Positions 12,711 to 25,367 of a DNA stretch of 64,000 bases are shown one piece after another. The position numbers and the translations under genes are program-made. Under the pieces are notes generated by a model that was not told the origin of the DNA, did no database searches, and was given only the letters and a program-made list of their open reading frames with translations. Origin of the DNA: Macrostomum lignano (taxonomy: Eukaryota); contig NIVC01001106.1 of assembly GCA_002269645.1 (NCBI GenBank), forward strand, positions 62,001 to 126,000. The letters run 5' to 3'. How positions within the stretch are numbered: position 1 is the stretch's first letter; every line of letters starts with the position of its first letter.

Positions 12711-13487
12711 GCCAATTCGATATACATTCTTTCAGATCAACAATCTTTATTATCGTACAACGGCTCTATTCAATTAAGCTAATGAAGTGCCTTTCTTTAT
12801 AAAAATAAATCCGTTGTTTTTGACTCAAGCACACGTCACAATATACTCGTATATTATTAAAGATCAACACTTACGTATCTTCATTAATCTGCGGGTCACA
12901 GGTGATTTCAGATCTGATATTTTGATGTTTTTCGTCTTTTTCTTTATATTCCAAACGCTTTAACTTTGTCGAGCACAATGCGTATGTTATTTAAATTTCC
13001 TGTTGGTTTGTTCGTTTACCATGCTTTTTATCAGGTGTCCAGCCAGTCATTCCGCGAGTACTGAATATTTATATTATTGTAATCTCGATTGCTTTTGAAT
13101 CCAGTTTTTTTATCCAAGTGGCTTTGTTCGTCATTATGCTCGTATATAGTAAAATTATGAATCTTTAGTACATATATTTATGGATAAAGTATGGTGTCAT
13201 GTTATTGCCACAGATACTAGAATAACTAGATACATGTATGTCACTTGCAATTAAAATATTTTTTTCAGTAGTTGTCTGCGCTAATGTAATTTAAATTTGA
13301 TGTAGAAGGTAAAACTCCTTTCCTTCCTCAGGGCTTGCGGCCTCAAGAGAATATGGGATTAAGAATGAACAAGCATTTGTTAACTCAATGTACACAAATG
13401 AACGCAAGACGGACGAAACTCAGCCTAGGGGGGGGGAGGCCCAATCTAGCTCAGCCAATGAGAGAGCAGTAGAGAGATGTCTGGGCG

Positions 13488-13632
13488 GGGTCCATGAGAA
13501 TTGCCCGCCGAGATTTGCCCGCAGGAGATTTGCCCGTGGAGATTTGCCCGCCGAGCTTTTCCCGCGGAGATTTGCCCGCAGTGCATTTTGCCCGTGAGCG
13601 AATTGCCCGTGGAGATTTGCCCGCCGAGGTTT
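13488..13632 (+). mobile_element. Orphan end of a Mutator-type MITE with 15-16 bp subterminal repeats (gagatttgcccg)
   Basis: Begins GGGTCCATGAGAATTGCCCG, resembling the GGGTCTACGACGTTTGCC ends at 50409 and 26028 (rc). About 9 repeat units; no partner end found. Confidence 0.5.
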
Positions 13633-14599
13633 TCTACAGTCTTAAGTCTTAAATTCGTTTATTTTTGAACCGGTAAAACTCAGCAGACATGCTTATTTAA
13701 TTAGCCTGCTTGTAGAATTAGGCACAGACAAATTTTGCAGCTTTACAAACTTAAAATTTCGTTTAAAAGTAGATAAATTTAAATTTCACTTTTATAAAGG
13801 CAAAAAACGCTAATTTTGCTACTGAAAAAAAGAGTAGAGAAACGCATTTTTTTGTGAGTGACACATCTAGTTATTTTAGTATCTGTGGTTATTGCAGAAA
13901 GAATGCTTGCAGTGCATGCTTGACTTGGCGTAGATATTTAGCAGAACTTTTGTTGCTTTATCTAACATCAAATCGAATGCCTATTAACAAAGTTTTTATG
14001 TTTCATTACATAAAGCAGTGCTGTTTTTCATTCAATATATCGGCGCATCTTCATCTGCGCAAATTGATGCTATTATGAGGAATATTATTACGCTATCGTG
14101 GCTATTGGGTATAAATTGAGTTGCGTTTACTTTTCACTCCTTTTATTATAAACACTTTTAAAACTACTTATTGTAATTCTCTAACTTCAATCGATTCAGA
14201 AAAAAATATAACAAAAAACTGCAGTGCATGTAAGGCTCTAGTTTTTACACCAGAAAAAAGGAGAAAATCCTCATTTAATTATGAGCTGGTCAATTCGTTT
14301 ATATCTCTCTGGTGGTAAGTTAATTGTGGAGAAAATTGAAGGTTACAGATTGCGCAATAGCAACTACAAAGGCAAAACAATTCAGGGCGGCAATTATTAT
14401 CTTATGCTAATATTGTCGAGTCGTTTCCAAAATTTGGGTTAAATTTGAAAGAGTAATGGTTTGAGTGAATTTCAGTACTTGCAAAACACTAAACGCTGCT
14501 AATAGAGGAACTACTGTAAAAGGTACAAGTACTCGTACTCGTTTATCATCAAAAAGATACAAAATATAATTGATTTTAGGTAGTACTTTAGAGTCAGAG

Positions 14600-14830
14600 G
14601 GAGGAACCTGACTGTACATAGAGGGGTAGGGTTTGCTGGGCTACGTGCGTACATTGGGGTAAGGCTTTTACCACCTCGCATGTACATAAGGATAGGGTTT
14701 GTCTATCAGCGTGAGTGCACACAGGGGTAGGATCAGGGCGTGCTGGGCTGCGTGCGTACATTGGGGTAAGCCCTTTGAAGCCCGCATGTACACACATAGG
14801 GGTAGGGTTAGCTGGGCTTCTTTACGAGTA
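14600..14830 (+). repeat. Degenerate ~105-bp duplicated ggggtaggg / tacattggggtaag repeat
   Basis: gcgtacattggggtaag occurs twice (~14646 and ~14755). Confidence 0.6.
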
Positions 14831-15317
14831 AGCTGCATGCACTTGACTTTAAATTCATCAGCAATGCTTACTTGGGGATTCTCAGAACAGAGTGCCTACA
14901 CATGCAGCGTGGTTCGCTTTACTATTAATAAATTATAGCACGAGTAGCAATATGCTTCAATGCCAAGAGAGCCTGTTTCTGTCGCAGCACGTAAGCCAAA
15001 CAATAAACACCCAACAGTTTAACAATTAATTTAAACAAATCGCGCAAAAACGATACTTCTAGAAATTCCGGTCTTCTACGCTACTGAAAACTGTCTGCAG
15101 TAAAAAGCGTTTGATAAAAAGAAAAGAAACAAAGAGTCAAAGACTAAGAATAAATAAAGCATGAGACAGCTAGAGAGGTCGTACGATTTAACAATTGCAA
15201 TAATCTTCAGCATAAGATGCAAACAGTTGGATGGCTGGCAAAAGTACATGCATATTGAACCAACTTACAGGATGGCTTTGGCAACCCGCCATGGCTGACG
15301 CCGCGGACGCTATCGCC

Positions 15318-15680
15318 CCTCAAATAAAATGGCACCCCCTTAAATAAAATGGTACCCTTCAAATAAAATGGCACCCCCTTAAATAAAATGGCACCCTTCA
15401 AATAAAATGGCACCCTCTCATATAAAATGGCACCCCTCAAATTAAAAATGGCATCCTCTCAAATAAAATGGCACCCTCTCAACTTAAAAATGGCACCCCT
15501 CAAATTAAAAATGGCACCCTCTCAACTTAAAAATGGCACCCCTCCAATTAAAAATGGCACCCTCTCAAATAAAATGGCACCCTCTCAAATTAAAAATGGC
15601 ACCCTCTCAACTTAAAAATGGCACCCTCTCAACTTAAAAATGGCACTCCTCAAATAAAATGCACTCCCTTAAATAAATTA
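15318..15680 (+). repeat. 20-23 bp minisatellite (aaataaaatggcaccc...), ~16 copies
   Basis: Read directly. Confidence 0.92.
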
Positions 15681-16070
15681 CACCCACTAAAATATAATTG
15701 CGCCCCCCCCAAATTACAAATCTCAATACATTTACATATTTGCATAAAGTGTACAAAAAAACAACAAAAATGAAAGCAAAAGTACACAACTCTGGTTATA
15801 GTTGAATTTTGCATTGCCATCAGTTAATATAGCCGGAAACTCACTAGCTTCAAATATTATAATTAGAGATTCAAAATAAGCGTTGTCTAAATCAAAAAAG
15901 GAAAAAGCTGTTCAAAACAATACGCACATCATACTACTACTACTAACTACTGAGTACTATCGAAAACTTATCGCGCATTGATAATCTAAAACAGTTTTAT
16001 AAAGCATAGGATTTGTTACTGAACTGAACCTAGAAGAGCTACAGAGGTCAGGACAGTCGCAGAGATTGAA

Positions 16071-16238
16071 TCAATCGGGGAACTGGATAGACGGCTTTGG
16101 TAGAAACGACAGTTCCAACACGTACTCCATCATGTTGGACGAGTCGAACCGAAGCCGCACAAGCCGCCAGTGCAGCCGCAGCCTGTGGTACAGATTCTGA
16201 TTCTCCCACTCCAGCGACTTCTCTATGGTGCTGCGGGT
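16071..16238 (-). CDS. CHIC2: CHIC1/CHIC2-like (Erf4/Golgin A7 family), exon 4
   Basis: Acceptor cgcAG at 16240-16239; TRSTIEKSLEWENQNLYHRLRLHWRL..NMMEYVLELSFLPKPSIQFPD*, closely matching the CHIC C-terminus. Confidence 0.9.
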   Translation of the reverse strand, partial: TRSTIEKSLEWENQNLYHRLRLHWRLVRLRFDSSNMMEYVLELSFLPKPSIQFPD

Positions 16239-16289
16239 CTGCGTGAGGCAGGTGGTTGGAGAAAAACTCTGTTAAACAGGTGCCTCGCT

Positions 16290-17372
16290 ACTCATTTTGG
16301 CGCCATTAATACTAGGCACTCATTTTGGCACTGCAGTCACTCATTTTGGCGCCAAAGGCACTCATTTTGGCACCGCAGGCGCTCATTTTGGCGCCACAGG
16401 CACTCATTTTGGCGCCGCAGGCACTCATTTTGGCACTGCAGGCGCTCATTTTGGCACTGCAGGCGCTCATTTTGGCACTGCAAGCGCTCATTTTGGCACT
16501 GCAGGCACTCATTTTGGCACTGCAGGCACTCATTTTGGCACTGCAGGCACTCATTTTGTCACCGCAGGCACTCATTTTGGCACTGCAGGCACTCATTTTG
16601 GCACTGCAGGCACTCATTTTGGCACTGCAGGCGCTCATTTTGGCACTGCAGGCACTCATTTTGTCACCGCAGGCACTCATTTTGGCACTGCAGGCACTCA
16701 TTTTGGCACTGCAGGCACTCATTTTGGCGCCACAGGCACTCATTTTGGCACCGCAGGCACTCATTTTGGCACTGCGGGCACTCATTTTGGCACTGCAGGC
16801 ACTCATTTTGTCACCGCAGGCACTCATTTTGGCACTGCAGGCACTCATTTTGGCGCCGCAGGCACTCATTTTGGCGCCACAGGCACTCATTTTGGCACCG
16901 CAGGCACTCATTTTAGCGCCACAGGCACTCATTTTGGCACTGCGGGCACTCATTTTGGCACTGCAGGCACTCATTTTGGCACTGCAGGCACTCATTTTGG
17001 CACTGCAGGCGCTCATTTTGGCACCGCAGGCACTCATTTTAGCGCCGCAGGCACTCATTTTGGCACTGCGGGCACTCATTTTGGCACTGCGGGCACTCAT
17101 TTTGGCACTGCGGGCACTCATTTTGGCGCCACAGGCACTCATTTTGGCACCGCAGGCACTCATTTTAGCGCCACAGGCACTCATTTTAGCGCCGCAGGCA
17201 CTCATTTTAGCGCCGCAGGCACTCATTTTAGCGCCGCAGGCACTCATTTTAGCGCCGCAGGCACTCATTTTAGCGCCGCAGGCACTCATTTTGACGCCAC
17301 AGGCACTCATTTTAGCGCCGCAGGCACTCATTTTAGCGCCGCAGGCACTCATTTTAGCGCCGCAGGCACTAT
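16290..17372 (+). repeat. 21-bp minisatellite (gcaggcactcattttggcact), ~51 copies, in CHIC intron 3
   Basis: Read directly. It is followed at 17420-17478 by a G/C-run plus ggtggcgacgccgcctg end typical of MITE termini. Confidence 0.97.
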
Positions 17373-17592
17373 ATTTTGTTGCCTTGAAGCAAAATTATTG
17401 GTTTCCATAACAGGTCACAAGGTTGGGTGGGGGCATGTCCCCCTGCCCCCCCCCCCTCGGTGGCGACGCCGCCTGCTGTTAATCTAGCCCCCATTTACAG
17501 CTGCCTGTAGTCTTCTGAGATCTGCTGGGCCGCCACTCCGCTGCTGATTGAGGTGCTGCCTGACTGCAAGCTCTGTCATTCGATCAAAGCTA

Positions 17593-17790
<198 letters not shown>

Positions 17791-17891
17791 TTAGGATAAC
17801 AATAAATATCTAGATGTAAAATAGAGCACAGACTTACAGCAGATTTAACCAGTTTATTTATTATAAACAGAATGGCAAGTTCAAAGCATAC

Positions 17892-17946
17892 CCTTCCTTG
17901 AAGCTCAGATGGATAGTCAGAACAGAATCTGTTGTTCAATCCAAAC
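17892..17946 (-). CDS. CHIC2: CHIC1/CHIC2-like, exon 2
   Basis: (L)FGLNNRFCSDYPSELQGR; ttttAG acceptor and GTATG donor; phases 2/0 are consistent with its neighbours. Confidence 0.88.
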
Positions 17947-18492
17947 CTAAAATTGTAACAATTTTATAAATAATTTGACAAATTTTACTTTGTTTACTTT
18001 GAAAATAAAAAACTAGGTTAAAAACAGAAAGTTCAAAAGAATAAAAAAATGCCTTTATAGGTCAAACATATAGCACAGGTGATTAATCCATATTAAGCCA
18101 TGTTATTTAATTATAATATATCAGATAAATCATTAAAAGCTTTTTCAGACTTTGAGTTCTTTATTTGCAATACTATGCTAAAGTACTAATTAAATAGTGC
18201 TATATAAAGGTAAGTGCATAGTTTTTTTACTTGATGGATTTCACCAAATTTATAGCTATGGATATAGGAAGATAATTGTGTTTTAGAGACAAGGAAACAT
18301 ATATAGGTATAGTTATAGAACTAAATCTAGTTCCTATATATCAAAATCTAAAAAATGAGCATGGCCACTAAAAGCTAGTTAAAGGACATGAAGTTTCAAA
18401 TATTAAGGTAGTATCAGTCTATGTAAATCACTTATAGTTATATTGCATCTATTATTGGGCTTAAAAATACAATGGTCAGGATTTGGCTATAG

Positions 18493-19590
18493 GGGAATAC
18501 AACATTTGCTTATGGGAAGTTTGCTTGCCAAACTTTGTTTGCAGGAATTTTGCCTGCCAAACTTTGCTTGAAGAATTTTTGTTTGCTTCCTAGAAAAATC
18601 ACAATCACAATTGTAAGGTTTTAACTTGTCAAATTATTTTCTTGTTTGTTTGTTTTATTGATTGCTTGTAAAGTTGGTCAGTCAATTATTACTTACTACA
18701 GATGCTTTGCAAATGGATTCTTATCAGCATCAACATAAACTGACTTGATACTAAGCTTTCAAACTAGGCTTACAGAGTTTCATTCTAAGAATTTAGTATA
18801 TAGAAAATGATTAGAGATTTAGTATAAGTAATTGGGATCGGTAACAGTATAAATCTTTGTAGTTCCTGATTTTAGCACAATTGAGCAGGTATGATAATTG
18901 TAGTGATGCTAATATATAATAATGCAAATACTAATAATAATTATAGCAATAATTATAATAACAAGTATAGTGTACCTGTCACCAAGGAATGAAAGTTAAA
19001 ATAGAACCAAAGTGACAAATTATTAATCAGTTTTCACTTAATTTGTGGCACAAGTTTATGCAAACAAGGACTAAGTAAATATACAATTTTTTTATTAATA
19101 CTAATGATTACTAACACATATAATTACTTAGTTACTATCACTTATTAGTTTGTAGTTATAAGCAGAGTGTTTCAAATCCTAACAAGTCATGATTTGTAGC
19201 AATTCACAGATTGAAGGTACATCCATTTGCAAAAAATCTATTCTATACATTTTGTTGCCTAAATCATTTGATATGTGCATTGTTTGACATTGTGTCCAAT
19301 TTTTTGTTGAAAGTATATTCTTAGTAAAAAACTAAACTATTCTATTTCTGCATTAGGGCTTTTCAAATCTGCCATATCATCATACAAAATCATAACAATA
19401 TAGGCAACTTCCACAAATCTTAGTAAATGAAAAATTAGAAATACAAGAGCTCAAAAATAGTTTCTTGAAGGTTTCTTGAAAATTCTTGAAAATTTCTGCA
19501 AGCAAACTTCAGCAAGCTTATGTGTAGCAAGCAAATTTCCTATAAGCAAAATTTGGCAAGCAAACTTCTCACAAGCGAATTTCATAGACC
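18493..19590. mobile_element. Heavily C>T/G>A-mutated Mutator-type MITE copy in CHIC intron 1
   Basis: Inverted tttgcttgc/gcaagcaaa subterminal arrays at both ends; ends gggaatac..catagacc; near-TSD tggctatag (18484) / ttgctatag (19591). Confidence 0.6.
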
Positions 19591-20484
19591 TTGCTATAGT
19601 TATACCTTTAAAGACACTGGCAGTCTAGTATTGAATCTGTTAATTTCTAAGGGCTTAAGATTACATTGCAAAAGCATATAATTGTATTAGCTTGAGCTAA
19701 AAATTACAATAAAGGAATGAAGGCCCAATTGCAATGCATAAAACTTTTGGCAGATAGTGTTTAGGATAAATTAGCTTGGTAGTAGCATGGCATATTATGA
19801 CACAGCATAATGTAAAGGTAGTTAAGAAGAGTCTAATTGCACTTAAGTTGTGCATTGCAATTGAATATAATAAGAACTATCAATTCCCATGGACTAAGAT
19901 CTAGTCTAGCTAGGCACTTCAAGTAATGGCACAATGATGATAAAGAAAAATCTAGCAATAGCTTCTTGAGTCTCCTATTAAGCCTTTATTACTTAGTATA
20001 AGAGTTAGAAATCTGTTAGAAATCTGAAGTTTTGACCCTAAGTTAAGAAGATAGGTAGAAATTTATGAAATGCCCAGGCGCAGTGAAGGGTGAGGCAGAA
20101 GAGCACAATGGAACCCCTAGATAGCTATTAGAAGGGCAAACAGAAGCAGTTCTAAGATAATTCACCAACTGTCAAGTCAATTTGAATAGCCAAATCTAAT
20201 AAAGCCCCTTTCCATTCCAGTCAGTAGCAACAACCCTACTACATGAACAATTTCGAATAAACCAGCTAGGAAAAGCAAACTGAGCAACAGCCTGACCTAG
20301 AGAACAATGCTGCATGTGGCAGACTCTGGTGCACCCTAAGGGAGAAAATGTGAGGCCTATCTATAGATTCCTACCCAACTTGAACTGGCCCAAGAAAGTG
20401 AGATCAACCCCAAACAGCTCGACAACCAAGAGAGAGAGAGAGAGAGAGAGAGAAGACTGTTTAATCATCCATAGACAGAGTTAA

Positions 20485-20846
20485 GGGGGGCCGTAGCCCA
20501 GCAGTAGCGCAGCTGCTCTGGTGTGCCAGCAACCCAGGCTCAATTCCAAGTGCAGTCACATTAATTTGGGGCTGAATTGGAATCTTGGCTTGGCTCTGCT
20601 TGTGCAATTAATGGCCTTGAGAGCCAACTACCCAAGGCGCAGTGAAGTGTACATGCCTAGCAATAAAAAAAGTTAGGGCTGCTATACACTCTTGTGTGAG
20701 TGTGTGCCTACGTACGTATCCGCGCGCTTGTATGCCTGCTCAGGGGAGTCAGCGGAATGGGCAGTAATGCCTCTCGCCGGTTGTGTGCCCATGTCGCTTA
20801 AAGTGCGCCAAGGTGCACACAACCCCTCTGCCTCCAATAAAAAAAT
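20485..20846 (+). mobile_element. tRNA-derived SINE, family B, copy 1 (CpG-decayed)
   Basis: Aligns by eye with 38597-38951 and 55781-56146; A-box/B-box head; AATAAAAAAA tail; degenerate TSD atagacagagttaa/atggacaaagttaa. Confidence 0.85.
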
Positions 20847-22069
20847 GGACAAAGTTAAGAGATGGAAAATTAAGGTCTTTTTAAATAATCTCTCTATCCC
20901 AAATTTTGTCCAACTCAATTCTTAGATTTGCGAAACCCTGAATATATAATCTGTAACCTTCACACTTAGCAACCCACTAAAACTAACTAAATTCATGTAC
21001 AACTAGGGGACTGAGTCCCAGATTTGTGTTGCTTAAAAAAACCCCAGCTGTTGCTAACCACGCGAAGATACCCCACTGGTGGCAGGGGAGGTCAAAAATG
21101 CTAATTGGTATAAATAGATGCCCATCTCAAACTGGAGTGGCGCTTTGTTTTTTGTGCAGTTTTCAATCTCAAATTGTTCCCTTTGAATTGGTCTCTGGAT
21201 TATCCAGTGGGCACAAGTCAAAGTCTTCAATATAATTGTTTGTCTTAACTATTGCATTGAGCAAATCCTAGAAAGAATCAAACTTGGCTTAGATACTAGG
21301 AGATCCCGTCAGTTTAGATGGTTTCCTCTGATAGCCTGACTGAAGAAATTAGAGCCATACAAACCTTAGACTGCTAGACATCTATCTTAAGAAAATGAGA
21401 ATACAAACTCAAAGGCTCCAGAGAAAAACACGTATACCTAGTCTAATACCTATATTACTAGGTCCCCAAATACAATCTTACCATTTTGTTGATTTCTTAT
21501 TATTTTTAACTTAAAATCAGAAGATACGGATTATTTTGGTGATACTTTTTTGGTTAACAAATGAAAGATTTAGTGAATAATCATTTTTGTAATAAGACAC
21601 ATTTTTTATATTAGTTATAAAAGTATATTTATTTATTTTGTCATTTTGGTAAACAAAGTTTTATTAATAGGGGCCTATATTTAAGAAAATAGCAATATTG
21701 CTTAATGTATCAGCAAGTTATTTAAAGTCAACCTAGAATACTCGAATTCTAATTCTGATTTGTAATTATTTTTAAATAATCCTAGGTAAATATATAATAT
21801 CAAAAGGAGAAAGACACAAATATTTGCATTATTTGTATTAAGTAATATCTAATCATTAATCAATTTGTCTATAATTAGTTTGTCTGCAAAATAACTAAAT
21901 GAGCATTTTGTCCACCATGTTGCCTTTTTGTCTACACTTAGTTATACTATTTAATCTAAACAGTTAAACAACTTTTAATAATGGCACTGTCAATTAGCAC
22001 ATATTTAAAGGTATAAACATTGTCATTAGTGAACTAACAATGTAACTGACAACTGACAAGACAACTTAC

Positions 22070-22197
22070 AATGTAACATTGCCATTTCCACGAATTATAA
22101 TTGGATCAGGTTGCGGCAATTGATCTAAGATAACACGATCAATGTCGTCTTCATCAACGACATCGATTGCATCCAGATTGACATCATTACTAGTCAT
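22070..22197 (-). CDS. CHIC2: CHIC1/CHIC2-like, exon 1 (spliced product 168 aa)
   Basis: ATG at 22197; MTSNDVNLDAIDVVDEDDIDRVILDQLPQPDPIIIRGNGNVT, compare PDPVVVRGSGHVT in CHIC2; donor GTAAGT at 22069. Confidence 0.88.
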
Positions 22198-23823
22198 TAT
22201 TCAAAAGAAAAAGGTAAACCAAAATATCTGCCGAAAATTAGCTGAAATCAATCAAAAATCGTCACCCAACGGATTCAAACCGCAGATCTTAAAACTGGAT
22301 CCAGTCCTTAAAACTGGATCTGTTTGAAATTTGTGTAGTGTTAACGTCTTTTAAAATACCTACCTAAACTAATAGAAGCAATTAATACAATTATAGGTTT
22401 TAAGTTAATATCATACAGCAAAACTAGGCATGAATAAGATGAAGACTCAAGCTAGGTAATAGCGCGATTACCAGATTTAACAAACAAAACAGCTTTAAAC
22501 AGTTTTTACTGGGTCAGATAAAGAAGTAAAAACACTTGTTTGCCAGTTATTTTTCTGTTTTCGTGATTGTCGTTAGGTTCTTTCCAGGAAAATAAAAAAG
22601 TTAAAAATATTTACTTTAATTTAAACGGTTAAACAACAAAAGAAACGTAGAAACATTATTGGTTTGGTAATGTTATGAATGTTTTGCATATTTTGCAAAA
22701 GTTTTTTTTCTGTGATGGAAATATACTTTGTATTCAGAATAACCTGATAAAACATTGTACTATTTACATTGGAAGGCTGCTGTTTAACGTAAAGGTTTGG
22801 AAACATTTGCATCCCTCTAGTCTTGACATTTTGCTTTTATCTTGTTCATTTGAAGTCCTCCACTCAAGTAATGCAAGACTTTTTTGGCTTCTGTCGATTT
22901 CCTTGCTAGTATGCTCCGAAATCCATTTTATTTTATCAATTTAGTTATAATAGGGAAGAACTAAAACAATAAGTTCATCTAAACAATTTTAATTTTAATT
23001 TTAATTTTCAATTTTAATAAGTTTATCTAAACAACAATAAAGTGGAACTTTTTACCTTTCATATTTGTTAACATTTCACTTTAGACAAGCTTCTTGATTT
23101 TATATTCATTTTAGAAAGATAGACAGGACATTTAAAATCCAAACTATTCTTGATTGGGCTAGCTTACTAGCTTCCTAGCTATAGTTTGTCTACTTATTTT
23201 TTTAGTAAATATGATTTTATTATAGAACTGCGTCACATTAACTTGACTTTTATGGTCAGATGAACTTAACTTATCTATTTTGTGAATAATTGTAAACAAT
23301 TGTTTGTCTAAGAGTGTTTTCAATTCTCAATTGACTTTTGTATTCTTTTTTATAATTTCATTGGTTGACTGTCTTAATGAATGCTAAAAATAATCTGAAA
23401 TCATCAAAAATTCAAAACAAAAAATAACTTAGCTTATAATTTTTCAGCAGTGGAACTTTTTACCTTTCATATTTGTTAACATTTCACTTTAGACAAGCTT
23501 CTTGATTTTATATTCATTTTAGAAAGATAGACAGGACATTTAAAAGACCAGTCTTGTCGTTGAATAATATAAGAACTTTGTTTATGTGTCTTTTCGTTGT
23601 ATATTCTGAATTAAAACTATTTGTATGGTATCTGTCTTTTGTAAAGCCTTTTGGATATTTCTGTATTATTTGGCCTAAGAGTTAAAAACAGAATTGCTTG
23701 TTCTTTTCAAAAAATTATATTTAAAAATGAATTGCACTCCTTTTTAAGCTTAAAGTTGCATTGTGGAAAATATGCAGCACCAATCCACACTTTAATGCGC
23801 TATCAATCGCGAACCCTGTCATT

Positions 23824-25027
23824 ATGAACTTCGGTCGCAGCGCCGATCCATTCGGATTCAACAGCGTCGATCAGGACGTTGGCATGGGACTGCAGCGCGG
23901 CTTTGCTGTCGACTTTGACGCGGCCGCAGTTCAGCCGCCAGCAAATGCCAGCACAACCTTTGACGCCGACAATGGCACCAGCGGCTACGGGATTGCCCGG
24001 TCCGACAGCCCCTACCGACTGGCTGAGCAGCAGCAGCAGCAGTCAGCAGCCGGAGACGACGAATTTGACTTTCAGCTGAACTTTGCCGACCAGCAGCAGG
24101 CAGCTCGGGAGCAGACCAACGAGCAGGAGCAGCAAAGTCGACTTGAGCCGATCGACCTACTAGCTGGATTGCGCAGCGATGAGGCGCCAACCGCTGATTC
24201 TATGGATGCTGGCGGGGCTGTCGAAATGGCAACTGGGACAGAAATTGAAGCAAAATCTGTCGAGATTAATAGCCCCGCTAAGAGTTCAACAACTGGTCCT
24301 GGGGATGGTCCCACAACTGGTCCTACTGGTCCCACAACTGATCCTACTGGCCCTACAACTGGCCCTACAACTGGCCCTACAACTGGCCCTACAACTGGCC
24401 CTACAACTGGCCCTATAACTGATCCTACTGGCCCTACAACTGGTCCTACAACTGGCCCTACAACTGGCCCTACAACTGGCCCTATAACTGATCCTACTGG
24501 CCCTACAACTGGTCCTACAACTGGTCCTACTGGTCCTACAACTGGCCCTACAACTGGTCCTAAAACTGGTCCTACTGGCTCTACAACTGGCCCTACAACT
24601 GGCCCTACAACTGGCCCTACAACTGGCCCTATAACTGATCCTACTGGCCCTACAACTGGTCCTACAACTGGTCCTACTGGTCCTACAACTGGCCCTACAA
24701 CTGGTCCTAAAACTGGTCCTACTGGCTCTACAACTGGCCCTACAACTGGCCCTACAACTGTTCCTACAACTGATCATACTGGTCCTACAACTGGACCTAC
24801 TACTGGTCCACTATCCAGTTATCCAAGTCCAGTCACTAAGTCGCTGGCAACCGCAGCCGCCTCAGCAGAGACCGACTCGAGTAGCCCTTCAAAATATGCC
24901 ACAGCCGCCACCGCGGCCAACTTCAGTGATGAAGCGCCTTCAGCGGAGCTGCAGCCCGAGCTCGAATCTGGTCATTCCGACTGGAATAATGTGCCGCAAG
25001 TAACGCTCAAATATGCCAAAGATGAAG
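23824..25027 (+). CDS. ELMOD3: ELMO-domain protein (ELMOD3-like), exon 1, low-complexity N-terminus with TTGP repeats
   Basis: Long ORF; first ATG at 23824; donor G|GTGAG at 25028; phase 1 joins exon 2 in frame (DE-V-EDESD). The start codon is inferred. Confidence 0.72.
24290..24812 (+). repeat. Coding 9/12-bp minisatellite (actggccctaca) encoding (TTGP)n
   Basis: Read directly; the frame is preserved throughout. Confidence 0.95.
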
Positions 25028-25367
25028 GTGAGATTATTTGGCCTTGCTTTTCCAGAAAAGTACAACTGCTGAGCTAGGCAGATTCATGGGCTGCACGGGC
25101 TGCTTTTGACTAAAAAAAGCTTCGCAAAAAATCTGTGCAGAAATGAGACGCGCTTTGCTAAAGGATCCCTGTACAACAATACAATAGTGTGACAATACGT
25201 AAAAATGAAAGATCGTGTAACTTTTTGAGGACCAAATTCCTGGAAAAATACACTGCGGAGATAGGAAAAAATCATATTAATGATTGCATCTGATCTGGGG
25301 CAGTGAAGATTGTCATTCTTTTAACTGGCAATTTTATGTTTAGCCGTGTAGTAAAGCTTAAATTTTC

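Noticed and set aside
12800-14580. AT-rich short ORFs as viral/Polinton or transposase remnants
   Set aside because: No recognisable motif; frames are interrupted.
16170-17487. Long ORFs (248-396 aa) in several frames
   Set aside because: Stop-free translations of a 21-bp minisatellite lying in CHIC intron 3.
20040-20460. Possible RTE-LINE 3' end with (GA)n tail
   Set aside because: The translation is too degraded to show a diagnostic motif.
20945-21480. Possible solo LTR (TGTAACC start, TATAAATA)
   Set aside because: No matching CA end or TSD identified.
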